A stretch of 64,000 nucleotides of DNA from Octopus sinensis (Eukaryota): assembly GCF_006345805.1 (NCBI RefSeq), contig NC_043016.1:18600001-18664000 (forward strand), written 5' to 3'. A program made the translations under genes and the position numbers. The notes beneath the pieces were generated by a model. It was not told the origin of the DNA. It saw only the letters and a program-made list of their open reading frames with translations, and made no database searches. Shown here one piece after another: positions 49,021-62,544 of the stretch. Each line of letters opens with the position of its first letter. Within the stretch, counting starts at the first letter, position 1.

Positions 49021-52000
49021 GCGTGAGTCTTGAGGAGGCCATTTGGATGACATGTCACGAACACCTGAGGCAATGCTTGAGGATGCCAGCTTCAACGCTT
49101 GGCATTTCCGAGCGACTGAGGATCTCGTTATTGGAGCATCGGTCCTGCCATTTGATGTTGAAGATCTGCCGTAGCCTGACTTGTTTTTCCGGTCTTTTCG
49201 ATACCGGGTTCACATCTCGCAAGCGTTGAACAAGGTAGAGATGTCAACGGTGCAGAACACCGTGGTTGTTGAATGCGGGCTTACTGAGTCTTCTGAAAGC
49301 CTTACGAGCGGATATGGTGCGGTGGTCGATGACTGCTTCGCATGTTTCAGATTGTGAGAGAGTGCTGCCGAAGTATTAAAAGTTGTTGACAGCTCCCAGA
49401 GTGAGTTCTCTATGCTGAATATAATTTCTGGCATTTCCTGCCCAGGAACAGATTGTACAGTATCTTCGTTTTGTCCGCCTTCATTTCCATACCAAAGCGA
49501 TTGTAGGCTTCGGAAACAAGAGCCGAACAATGCTAGAGGTCGGCAAGAGAAGAGGTGGGAGTGGCATTGTCATCTGCGTAATGGAACTCTTCGATGCTAC
49601 TATTCGATGTTCGAGTTTTGGATCTCAGGCATACAAGGCTGAAGAGTCCGCTGTCAACGCCAATAGAATCATGAGATTTCATTGACAATCGCCGCCAGGT
49701 AGATAGAGAACAGGGTTGGAGGTAGGAAGTAGTCTTGTTTCAGGTGTCATGAGATAGGGAATGGCTTAGAAAGTGCATTCTGTGTGCAAACGCACCCTAC
49801 TATACAATCATGGAACGCGACGATGAGGTCAATGAAGTGATCAGGCAACCAAATGACAGAGTACATATCATATCACTGGTCGGAGAACCTTGTCGGGGAG
49901 CCATATCATATCGCTGGTCGAAGGTTCCAGAAGATGAAGAAGAATGGTTGCTGTTGTTTACGTGTCTTTTCTTGGAGTTGCTTTACACAAAAATCATGTC
50001 AATCATTTTTCGTGACCGCCGAAAGCCGCATTGAAATTCTGGGAGGACTTCTGCAACAACCAGCAGACGACCCGGAAGAATTCTGGCGAAAATCTCGCCG
50101 ATAATGCTGAGCAGGGAGATACTGCAGTATTTATCGCATACTGACCGGTTTCCTTATAACGACGTTTGAATTTTTGACCAGAAAGGTCTTGGTATCCCAT
50201 ATTCACAACATCCGGTAGAACAGTTTGGTTTTCAGTCCGTACCCACCGTGTGTGAAAAGCTCTTGGGGGAAGTTATCTGGGCCGGGAACCTTTCCAGGTT
50301 TCATTCGTTTGATAGATCTCATGAATTCCTGGAATGATGGAGGAAGGGCCATCCATAGTTTGACAGGTCGCCGCGGAATGTTTCTCAAAAAGGTCTTCTG
50401 GGGTTTGAGAATGGTCGTTCAGGAGTGAAAATGTTCTCTGCAACGATGCATGATCTCTTCTGTAATGACGGTTTGCCCGTCAGCAGTTTTCAAGGCACTA
50501 ATAGACAACCTGATGGGGGTCCAAAATCTTGGTCCCTGCATAAAAGCGACGCATGTTTCTTTGATCTATGTAACCTTGTAGTTCGGCAGTTCGCTTTCTA
50601 CTAGGAGTTCTGGATCTCTCTGAGGCGCATTTGGCACATCTGGTTTTTTGTTCGAGGCGTTTCTTGTTGCTTCTTCTCAAATGGTTTTCGTAAGCAATAC
50701 GTGCTACTCTTTTCCTATTGATCGGATGTTCGATCTCTTCACTGTTTTCAGCGAAGCTCTCTTGGTTCTAGTGCTTTGAGTAGCCGATGACTTCATCTAC
50801 AGCAGATGTTTATAGCATCACGTAGAGTGTTCCAATCATTCGGTGAAGAATTTCCGTTCTTTCTGTCCCTCAGATGCTGGTTTAATTGCTTCTTGGAAGG
50901 CTTGGGATGTTACTGGATCCTTCAGTCTGTGACAGACAAACCTCGGCTTGTGCTTTTGAGTATTAGGCTGCCGAGAGTTTGACGGATGGAAAAGTCGAGA
51001 CGAGAGATCACCAGCTATTGATTGGTCCAGCAATCATCAGCACCTGGCAAGGACCTTATGATTCTCACGTCCTTCTTGTCTTGGATCCTTGTCAACACAT
51101 AATCCAGAAGATGTCAGTGTTTTGACCTCGAATGTTGCTAGATTGTTTTGTGGCAGGTTGGAAGACGGGAGAAAGTGTTCGTAACCGTCAGGTTGTTTTC
51201 CACACAGAGTCCAAGGAGGAAAAGGAGGAAGAGGAGGAGTCCATTGGCGTTGCAATTTCTAATCCCGTGTTTTCCGAGGATGTCTTACTAGAGATAGTGA
51301 TCGTGACCGACACGTGCATTGAATTGGCCAAGGATGACCAGTTTATCATTTCGCAGAATGGCTCGGGTGGTAACGTTGAGAGATTAGTAGAAAACATTTT
51401 AAATTTTGTCATCTGAACATAGACTGAGAGCAGGGTAAGGTAGCTCTTGTTGAGAAGTGGGGTTCGAATGGACATTAGACGTTCGCTTGTTGTTGTTGGG
51501 GCCAGGTTATGTTTTTTGACCAGCTCAGTTATGATGGCAAGGCAGATATTATGGATGCGAAGTTCACTGGCATCCTTTCTTTTCCAAAAGAACGTGTAAC
51601 CGGACAAACGAGTTTCGCTTAGAGCTGCTACGTTAACCTTGAAGCAGGTGAGTTTTTGAAAGACAAGTGCATTTAGCCTTTCAGGTCGGTGTGTAATTTG
51701 CATATCCATCAGATTTCTCGCACTTCACGCTCCCGAAGTCATAGAAAGGGATCGGCATTTTCTACCGCTAAAATAGGTGTCCTCCGGTTGCGGTAAAGAG
51801 AGCAGTGACCGATGTTTACCTCACATTTTCTAGGGGCTTCCCTATATAGGCAGGGCTACAGTGAACCTAAAAAGGCCAGCACTAACACGCACACAGCTGC
51901 CGAAATCCCTTGTCACCGCTGCTTCACGGAGAAAACGACAATCACACGTACATCACCAATGTGTGTTCACAAGCTAGAAACTTTCATCGTACCAAGCCTG

Positions 52001-52420
52001 CTCCCGTTGCCCGTTGGACTTGAAAAAGAGGCAGAGAACATCATGAAGTGTCCAAATGCGCGGTTCGCGTGTTCTTTATTAGGGCGGACGACCGTTTGCG
52101 AATCCGATGCCCACGCACTTTGCTCGAAGGCTTCCTCAGCAGCCCATCGCTTGATTGAAACAGGTGCTCTAGAAACAATGGAGCTGCCTCGAGCTGTCGA
52201 AAACCAGTTCCTTTAGGGATCACCTTGACACCAGCTCTAATGGCGGTAACAGAGCTCCTTCAGCTTACCGCTTCGAGGTTTTTGACAGGCCTTCACAGCT
52301 ACCGTGGCGGCCAGGGTCATCAAAATCTAAAAGGTACATCACCCTGCCAAGCGAACCCCCACATTGGCATTTCCCAGAATCCACGACTAGAACGAAGGAG
52401 TTGGGAGTTTTAATCTATAC
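49021..52420 (-). mobile_element. Degenerate RTE-clade LINE (APE + RT) with probable 5' UTR at about 51750-52420
   Basis: RPERLNALV...AALSETRL..GYTFFW (APE); MKPGKVPGPDNFPQELF and RT-region fragments; C-terminal RLRQIFNIKWQDR; many stops; 5' boundary uncertain. Confidence 0.85.
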
Positions 52421-53137
52421 TAGGGTATAGAGTACAGAGAGCTGTAACAACAATCACGCAGTCCTACTTTTGGTCTCAGAATCTTGTGATGATCCCGCTT
52501 TATACACGATGATATGTAAGCAATGTCAGTGTTACCTAGGTATCAATGCGGACCGGGCGAAAGTGATAGCAATGCTTGACGAAAAGCACAACATTATGCA
52601 TGTTAATAGAATTCTTGTTATGGATTGCAATTGAAAATATATTTCTGCATCTTCTAATATTTCCTTATTTTCGAGTAGATGCGGGTGGTCTTCAAGATCG
52701 GTAACCCAAATATTACATTTGTGATAAAGCAGATTATCTTAGATTCTTCTTCCTCATGAAGAAGAAAATGGGAACCGTTCGCTCTTTAGTACACTATAAT
52801 CACTTTGATCCCTGTAATCAGCGACAGTCTCAGTGATAGCCACAGCAACAACAACAATAACTACTTCTACAGTTTCTTTTAAGAATTGTCCTTACCAAAA
52901 ACGGAAACAGGAACACCAGAAATCACAGACCTCAAACTTTCCGACCCGTTCAATGATCAAAATGTTCAGAATAATCAGAAAGCATTGAATCATAGCGGAA
53001 AGTCCAGTGCTTTGACGACACAAAAGAATGGTTGTAGATAAGCTTCAAGAAAAGACCAATGAAAACAGGAAAAACGACGAATCACTATCATATGTGCAAA
53101 TTATTATGTTATAATTGTGCTGTATCTGTGTACTCTC

Positions 53138-53391
53138 TCTCTTTTTACTCTTTTACTTGTTTCAGTAATGTGACTTTGACCATGCTGGAGCAGCGCCTTT
53201 AGTCGAGCAAATAAACCCCAGGACCTATTCTTTGTAAGCCTAGTACTTATTCTATCGGTCCCTTTTGCCGAACTGCTAAGTTACGGGGACGTAAACACAC
53301 CAGTATCAGTTGTCAAGCGATGTTGGGGGGACAAGCACAGACAGACAGACATACACACACATACACACACACACTCACTCACACACACACA

Positions 53392-53443
<52 letters not shown>

Positions 53444-53628
53444 TACGACGGGGTTCTTTCAGTTTCCGTCTACCACATCCACTCACAAAGCTTTCGTCGG
53501 CCCGAGGCTATTCTAGAAGACACTTGTCCAAGGTGCCACGCTGTGGGACTGAACCCGGAACCATGTGGTTCGTAAGCAAGCTACTTACCACACAGCCACT
53601 CATACGCCTAGATAGATATTTTGCTAGG
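53138..53628 (-). mobile_element. SINE-A
   Basis: Full-length similarity. Confidence 0.9.
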
Positions 53629-54639
53629 AAGTCCGATTCTGAGTGATATCTGTAGTCAGTCTTTCATTTGCATTTTTGTACTACGGTCTTGGACCATCTG
53701 CACGGTTTGCCAACTCACTTGCAGATGTTTTTTTACGAGACACCACTCGTGAAGATGAACGTTGGTTTATAATAAGATCATCTGTCCTTTGACAGGTCTT
53801 CATTTTTGTCCTGCAGATTCTCTACAACAACCTTCTCACCTGGCAAGCTAGAAAAGGAGACCAGTTTAGTCGAAGGCTACCTGATTATGAAATAGGGTGT
53901 ACTGGAGGGAAATTTGTTCACGAGTTGGAATCGATGTCTCTGTGTTATATGGTGCAGACTAAGAAAGTGGGTAAAATCTGCAGTTTCTATTTAATATATT
54001 CTGGATCGGTCATTGTATGTGATTATAATCGTTTACCCCCAGCTAAGCTTTGGTCCAGCAAATATTTATTTTATGGATAGCTCAGCCTTGATCCACCAGA
54101 TATTTTATGGATAGCTCAGCCCTGATACAGCAGACCTAAACAAACATATTACAGCCGTTAACTTACTGTCTTTTTTCGAGGCATAGAACATTCCTTTTTT
54201 GGATAAGGGAGAATGTAATTTGAGATAGATTTATTTAGTATTTCTAGTTGTTTAAATATTTTACTTCTTTTTAATTCATGTAAAAATGGAACTTTAAGTT
54301 TTAAAATGAATTTAGGTTTGTTACAATTTACATCTTATTTACCTATTATTTTTCTAATTCACTTTTAACTTTTGTTTCGATTTAGTAAGTTGATTATTTC
54401 TCTTTTGTAGCAACATTGAAGGGATAGCACGACTTAGTCCCTACATTTTGTTGTTGTATAGAACCATTGTGAGCCCTGACCGTGAACACCTATGACATTA
54501 GGAATCGGCCGAACAAATAAGTATGGTATGTAGATATACTGCTTCTGATATAACTTGCCTATATCTATATGACGACCATGCCACAGTTAAATATAGTGTT
54601 GTATTCTGGGTATAAATCCTTAACATCCTTAAAAATGTT

Positions 54640-55075
54640 TCATCCCGAAGGCTGCGGCCATGCTGGGGCACCACTGTTGAATGAGCTACACTAGTATGTG
54701 AAACCACCTCTGATACGTGGCACTTGATCAACAAGGGAGTTCGATGCTGCTGCCAGCATCTGCATCTCCTGTCATGAGATAGGTTCATCTGGGACTCCCG
54801 ACAAGAAGAGATCCAGTTTAGTTTTAAAGAAACCCACATCCACACCATGTAAGTCTCTCAGGCATTTAGGGAGGATGTTAAAGAGCTGTGGTCTTCTGAA
54901 ACCCAAGCTGTTGCAGTATCTGGACCTGTATTTTGATGGTGATGTTGGAATCTTTGGCATCTTTGGCATGTGTAACTTTTTCCACTGTCCGATCTATAAA
55001 CGAACATTTGAGGCTGAAATACGTTTCCAGTTTTCCTCTCGTTTTCAAATAATCAAGCGTCTTTTCCATAAAGAT
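54640..55075 (-). pseudogene. CR1/L2-like LINE 3' end with a tail shared with SINE-A
   Basis: RYCNSLGFRRPQLFNILPKCLRDLHGVDVGFFKTKLDLFLSGVPDEP; tail ggtgccccagcatggccgcag. Confidence 0.8.
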
Positions 55076-55257
55076 ATATTAATATTGCAGAATTTCTGAT
55101 TCCCAAGATTATCTCTTTGTTTTTGTTCAGTCAGTGCGGAGATAATTTGAGCAAATGAAAAAAATTATTTAGTATGTTATTTAATACGTTCTTATTCGTC
55201 TTCGTTGCTCACAGGCCACCCTGAGTTGTTTCTCTTCGCTCATTTTAATTTTATTTA

Positions 55258-55640
55258 TACAGGAGTGGCTGTGTGGTAAGTAGCTTGCTTTTCAACCACA
55301 TGGTTCCGGGTTCAGTGTCTTCTACTATAGCCTCGGGCCGACCAAAGCCTTGTGAGTGGATTTGGTAGACGGAAACTAAAAGAAGCCCGTCGTATATATG
55401 TATGTGTGTGTGTGTGTGCGTGTGTGTGTTTGTGTGTCTGTGTTTGTTCCCCCCAACATCGCTTGACAACCGATGCTGGTGTGTTTACGTCCCCCGTAAC
55501 TTAGCGGTTCGGAAAAAGAGACCGATAGAATAAGTACTAGGCTTACAAAGAATAAGTCCTGGGGTCGATTTGCTCGACTAAAGGTGGTGCTCCAGCATGG
55601 TCGCAGTCAAATAACTGAAACAAGTAAAAGAGTAGAGAGT
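55258..55640 (+). mobile_element. SINE-A with a small deletion in the head
   Basis: Full-length similarity. Confidence 0.9.
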
Positions 55641-55862
55641 AAATTACTCGGGCCATAAATATGTTTATAACGGCGTTTGCTGACGAAGTTATTAATCTAT
55701 AGTCGAACAAGTAGATATACAAGGGTACCATTGTTTGTAGTTGGTTTTGAATAAGTTTGTAAGTTGATTTTTTTTTATTAAATTGCTGGGCAGTTATATT
55801 TCTAAAAGCAGATACAATTTTCTGGAGATTTACTGTATTAAATTTTGTTTGATCGACATAAT

Positions 55863-56300
55863 AGGCGTAGGAGTGGCTGTGTGGTAAGTAGTTTGCTTAC
55901 GAACCATATGGTTCCGGGTTCAGTCCCACTGCGTGGCACCTTCGGCAAGTGTCTTCTACTATAGCTTCAGGCTGACCAAAGCCTTGTGAGTGGATGTGGT
56001 AGACGGAAACGGAAAGACGCCCGTCGTATATATGTGTGTATATGTATATATGTATATATATATATATGTGTGTGTGTGTGTTCGTATACGTTTCTGTGTC
56101 TGTAATTGTCCCCCCAGCATCGCTTGACAACCGTTGCTGGTGTGTTTACGTCCCCGTAACTTAGCGGTTCGACAAAAGAGACCGATAGAATAAGTACTAG
56201 ACTTACAAAGAATAAGTCCTAGGGTCGATTTGCTCGACTGAAGGCGGTGCTCCAGCATGGCCACTGTCAAATGATTGAAACAAGTAAAAGAGTAAGAGTA
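55863..56300 (+). mobile_element. SINE-A
   Basis: Full-length similarity. Confidence 0.9.
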
Positions 56301-56673
56301 TAAATACGTTAATATTTTAACGTATTCACTTTTAATTGTTGTAAGAATTATATCATCTTTTATGACCACAACTAGGTTGGTTGAAGATAATTTTACAGTC
56401 TATCCTTGGATTTCTCCTCAAACTTTGATTGTTTAATAATTTGGCTCATTCGTCTCATTAATAGGAAAATTGTTATGTTAGATTATACGAAAGAGATGTT
56501 TTACTTCAGTACATATTTTTTAAAATTTAATAATTTTAATTTGTTCGTTTCTTTATTTCTCACTATCTTTGCTGCCTTAAGCTATTAAATTGTGATAATT
56601 CAAAATTTTAGTTAAGTACATCGATTAACCACGTATATCGCTGGCACTACATTTGGCGGTCCTTATTTATAGA

Positions 56674-57046
56674 CTAGCAGTATCGCCCGGCGTTGCTCGG
56701 GTTTGTAAGGGAAATAACTATAAAGCATTTTTAGAGAGTTATAGCCAAAAAATGGAAAAAAAATGATGGTAAATTTTTTTTAGTTAAAAAGGTCGAGTTG
56801 CGTCCCCATGACAGTCTGTGGTTTGTGTTTCTGATTCTCGACCCCATGTCGAATTTATCGATTTTTTTCAGAACTGGGGGAACTTTTCAAAATTTTCGCT
56901 GCGGTAGTTTTGAATTATGACATTGGGCTATGTGTGTGTCAAGTTTCATCAGAATCGGTTGAAAGCCGTGGTCAGGGTGAGGGTACAACCTAACAGACAC
57001 ACAGAAACACACACAGACAAACTGCCGTTTATATATATAGAGAAGA
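56674..57046 (-). mobile_element. Non-autonomous Helitron with the same 3' end but a different 5'/internal part
   Basis: First ~105 bp on + strand match 11011/26071; remainder unrelated; ends tttatatatatagagaaga|t. Confidence 0.75.
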
Positions 57047-57495
57047 TTGGCTTAATTTCCCTTTAACTAGAAACGTTAAAACTTGTGCTGTCCCCTTCAT
57101 AGATTACTGCCGACAGATATCTAGCAACACTAATATAGCAGTAATCTTTCCCTCCATGTCACTACATTGTAAAGTTAACTGCTATCACTTCCTAGAAAAT
57201 AGTATCCCAGCTTACAAAATACATACAAGTAAACTGACATTCCTTATAGATATCACAAACTATCAACCAGAAGACAATATGCATGAAATATCATATCTAA
57301 CCGCTACCATAAAAAAAGATGTCAGATGGTGATCTTTGAAAGCTGAAATTTTGACGTGCTTCGTGTTAATACATCCCAGAAAAACCTAACCAATCACATA
57401 CATTAGTCTATTACCAATAGAAAGATCTCCCGTTGAGAGAAATTCTGAAGTGCATAATATACGCGCGCGAACATGCATACACATACACACACCAA

Positions 57496-58618
57496 ATAAG
57501 ATTTAAGGTGAAAGAGTACAGAAATCCTGTTTGTGTAAATGAGGATTATTTAATTCATTACAATATGTACTGTGTCGACCGGTTTCGTTTCACTAATCAT
57601 GATTCAATGTTATGAAATCATAAGTTTTTGATTTAATCTTGCGTAGAAGCAAGTATGATACAGTTTTGCGGTTATACAGAAGAGTATAGCTCATGGGGTG
57701 GGGGACAATCAGTGAATATAAAGCTTTTAGTTAAAGGGATAATCAGTGGATATAATATTTCTTAGCTAAGGGAGGGTAAATCTTTTTTCCTTTTTTTCTG
57801 ATTAGTTTTTTATTTGTGAAGTTCATTATATATTCATGTTAAGTTCAGGTTTCTATTTTTCAATACATGTAGCCTCTTTATTTAGTCGTTGTTGACTTGA
57901 ATTATTTTCCATGAAATGGTAGAGTGGGAATATTGTGAGTTGTGGTTGACATTCCTTAGCACACCTATCTATGTGACCACTGAGTGGTATTTTACGGTAT
58001 TGGGGGCGGTAATTTTGTTGTCTGTGTAGTGTAGATCTACGACTTAGCGACTAGAAACTATATAGGTTCAACAGGAATATCTCTAAGACGTAGATCTACA
58101 CTACACAGAGAACAAATCTACCACACCAATACCGTTAGATACCACTCAGTGATCACATACACAGATGTGGTAAGAAATGCCAAAACCAACCACAGTTCTC
58201 AATATTCTCACTATACCAATGCACAGAAAGGACCTCAACTCAGCAACGACCAAATAAAGCGGCTACATTTATTGAAAAATACAAACTTAATATGAATATA
58301 TAAAAATAAAAAAAAAACAACCAGAAAAAAGGAAAAAAGATTTTGCTCTCCCTAGCTAAGAAATATTATAACTGATGATTATCTCTTTAACTGAAAGCAT
58401 TATATTCACTGATCATCATCTTTGAGCTTTACTCTCCTGTATAACCGCAAAACTGTATCATACATGCGTCTACGCAAGATTAAATATAAAACGTATGATT
58501 TCATAACGCTGAGTCATGATTAGGGAAGCGAAACCGGTCGACTCTGTACATATTCTAATAGATTAAATAATCTTCATCTACACAAACAGGATTTCTGTAC
58601 CTTTTCCCCTTAAATCTT

Positions 58619-58620
<2 letters not shown>
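57496..58620. repeat. ~1.1-kb diverged palindrome (arms ~550 bp, spacer ~35 bp)
   Basis: ataagatttaagg...gtagatctacg / cgtagatctac...ccttaaatcttat; arms align throughout with scattered mismatches and indels. Confidence 0.9.
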
Positions 58621-58653
<33 letters not shown>

Positions 58654-58655
<2 letters not shown>

Positions 58656-58964
58656 AGGCGCAATGGCCCAGTGGTTAGGGCAGCGGACACGCGGTTGTAG
58701 GATCGCGGTTTCGATTCCCAGACCGGGCGTTGTGAGTGTTTATTGAGCGAAAACACCTAAAGCTCCATGAAGCTCCGGCAGGGGATAGTGGTGATCCCTG
58801 CTGTACTCTTTCACCACAACTTTCTCTCACTCTTTCTTCTGTTGGCCTGCTCGCTTAGCCAGCGGGGTGGCGTCATTTGGAGGCTAAAACAATGCGAAGC
58901 GCATTGTGACCAGCGATGTATAGCAACATCTGATAGCCTGGTCGGTCACGGTGATCACGGTGAT
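58654..58964 (+). mobile_element. SINE-B, head 2 + a different tail (R)
   Basis: Head and body match 2525-2715; tail ends cggtcacggtgatcacggtgat; TA flanks. Confidence 0.8.
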
Positions 58965-59017
58965 ATATATATATATATACATATATATACATAAATATAT
59001 AAATACATACATAATGC

Positions 59018-59099
<82 letters not shown>

Positions 59100-59811
59100 T
59101 TGATAGTTAAATATGTAAATAGATAGATATCTCTTGCTATATTTAAAATTAGACGAGATTATTACTATGGAATTCCCACAACAGTATACAGTAACCGGTC
59201 TGGGTTAGCTTTAGCGTACCTATACTTGTGTGTTCGAACGAATTTCTTGCCTCAGAACTTCCACAAAAATAGATATTTTTCAATGAAATTTGCTGCTTAT
59301 CATATTTCTTATCATTCATGATAAAATTTGTTCGGATTATATTGGAATTTGTAGTGATTATAAATTTGTCGAAATAAAAAAATGGAATGATGTGTGCTAG
59401 TATGTACGTGTGTTATCTCCCCAATTTTCATCAGTGTATTAAATTTTGATATAACCGGTTTCTACACACTATGGAATTTGTTAAAATTTCCATTTAAAAT
59501 ACCTATATTTCCGAACGTTATGAGGAAACAAAACCGACACGTGTGAATTGTCCAAATCTCCATCCCCACGTCCTCGGATACTGTTGTTTCAAAACAAATG
59601 CAGACATAATCGGAATTTAAACAATCTGTTGCATATTTGTAGAAAATTTCATTGAAAGATGCCCATTTTTGTGAAAGTTATGACAAAATGAATTCGGTGG
59701 GGCGCTTGCTGTAACATAAGCAATACAAATACCACGCTTTTATTATGTATCAGCTTGCTTCGCTTGAGTCTCATTTTGTATGTAACAATATTTAATTATA
59801 TAACAGTATGT

Positions 59812-59904
<93 letters not shown>

Positions 59905-60068
59905 AAGAATACAGATCTTCCATTCGGTTTACATCAGAAGAATGCCAATAATGTGAATCAGATAGGCTCAATCAATTTTTGACGGCACAAACATAAATAG
60001 GATAACTGAATTTATGGTGATATTGCGTTAGTGACGAATACTAACAGCATTAAAAATACATCGTAGTA

Positions 60069-60150
<82 letters not shown>

Positions 60151-60587
60151 TTATATATATGTATATACATATGTATACATATATGTTAATATATATATAA
60201 TAAATGGAGTTAAATGCAGGTGTTATTCAAATTCTTTTAATTCTGACACATGTTTCGAAGATATCATTGGTATTATTCCGAACTAATAAAATGGTGTAAA
60301 ATAACGTAACCATGGGAGCTATGAAAAATATGACATCACCCCTTCCTTCCTTATTCATCTATCACCCATTCCTTTCTCATTCATAAGCACAAGAGTATTA
60401 TTATGGAAGCTATAAAAAATACAAATCCCAGCATCACCACCGGATCATTCTACACATCTGTGCAATTTTTCGCCCAGTTCCAACCAGCCGTTTGCCCTTG
60501 AATCCCAAGACCAGAAAATTCATGCATAAAGAACATAGTGTAAAATATGGTATAGACCTTAGAAAGGGGAGAAAGGTAGTGTATATT

Positions 60588-60897
60588 GGAGTTGTAAAGT
60601 AAGAATAGATAAATATATTCATCTAGGGTGTTTAGTAAAAGAAAGGCTCAAGCAGATATATTGGTATAAATATCATATATTATGATATTATGGCCATCCA
60701 TCTTAAAGCAATCGAAGATTAGTATGTAGAGTTTAATTCAAATATGTATAGTTTAATTCAATGCTAGGTTTCTATTGCTTTAAGATGGATGGGCATAATA
60801 TCACAATATATGACGTTTATACCAATATATCTACTTGAGCTTTTCTTTTACTAAACGCCCTAGATTAATATATTGATCTATTTTTACTTTACAAATT
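60588..60897. repeat. Fold-back palindrome (~130-bp arms, ~50-bp spacer)
   Basis: ttgtaaagtaag...ccatccatcttaaagcaat / attgctttaagatggatgg...ttactttacaa. Confidence 0.85.
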
Positions 60898-61035
60898 CCC
60901 CCGTAACTTAGCGGTTCGGCAAAAGAGATCGATAGAATAAGTACTAGAATTACAAAGAATAAGTCCTGGGGTTGATTTGCTCGACTAAAGGCGGTACTCA
61001 AGCATGGCCACAGTCAAATAACTGAAACAAGTAAA
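60898..61035 (+). mobile_element. SINE-A 3' fragment
   Basis: ccccgtaacttagcgg...actgaaacaagtaaa. Confidence 0.85.
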
Positions 61036-61481
61036 GCGTATATATATACACTGCCTTCCTTCATTTTCTAAGGTCTAATACCATGTTTTATACTATGTTT
61101 TTTTATGCATAAATTTTATCAGTTAACAATTTGCAGACATTTATTTTTAACAAACAGGAATTGAATACCTATTTTAAATATCATAAGCTACCTTTTGTTA
61201 ATTTTCTGAAGGATTTGAACTGAAACAACTGTAAGAGATGCTGTCAATTTTTTTAATTAATAAATGATAATTTATTGATTATCTCTCTATTTTCTTATCT
61301 TATTGTAGTGAATAAATATATATAGACCACGATTTATATAGTTACCTTACAGTTGAATATTAACTGTAATGTTAAACATTTTTAGTATAGGTTAACTACC
61401 AGCACTTTCATTGAATTTTACTATCCTCTAATGAGTTTTGTAATCTTTATTTGAACTTTTATACACACACACACACGCACA

Positions 61482-61529
<48 letters not shown>

Positions 61530-62471
61530 CGTATATATATAATATATATATATACGTATCTGTATATATAAAAGCCAGAATTTATATGTGTGTGTGTGTG
61601 TGTGTACGTGAATGCACATCCACAAATTAGCACGCATGTCGCTCGAATTTTAGGAGGACATTCATCACGATCCTAGCTGTATTTTCGTCAAATTATTTTC
61701 TCCCGAGGCATCCGCGAATAGCGGTAAGTAATTTTGAACCATAACTTCTAACAATTTTCGAGTTGCAGAAATACACGGTCATTTGCAAATATGAGTTAAG
61801 TCCCCTTCAAGCGACGGTGTAAAGAGAAGGAGGGAGAGATAGAGAGATAACAGATTTTAAAAATTTCGTTGCTTTAGTGAGTGATTGACAGGCAAAAACA
61901 GACAGGGGTTGTTATGTATGTATGTATGTATGTATGTATGTATGTATCTATGTGTGAATGGCTTCAGTCACACACACACACGAGCATGTATGCGTACAAA
62001 AAACATGTATGCAATGTGTGTGTGTGTGTTGCCCGTATATATATACACAATATAAACGATATTCTCCGTTTCCCCACAACTAATTTCCAAATTAGCTGAA
62101 TCCGTGGGCTCTACTCATAACGATATATAGCTGGTCGTACGTGAACATGGGAGAGAGCAGAGGTTACCAGAGCAAAAGAGCTACGTGTTGACTGTAGACG
62201 AGCTCCTTTGCAAACGATCAGCTATTATTTTGTAAACAATGTTTCGAAACTGTTCATGCTTTCGAAAGGAGAGGTCTGACATTCACACCTCTGTGGGAGA
62301 AGGTAGGCCTCTCTATTTCTCTTACAAAACCTACGCCCGGGTGCCAAATTTGCTTCAATTGATGGTATTACTCGAGTTGGAGGTGGTGGTGGGACAGGGG
62401 CAGGGGCAAAGTCGTGAAAAAACATGTATGCAATAGGTGTATGTACGTATATGTTTGTGTGTGTGTGCTGC

Positions 62472-62544
<73 letters not shown>

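Noticed and set aside
51812-52216. 134-aa plus-strand ORF
   Set aside because: Antisense to the presumed RTE leader; no recognisable domain.
57063-57332. ~89-codon stop-free frame
   Set aside because: No recognisable motif; frames of this length are expected by chance in 64 kb.
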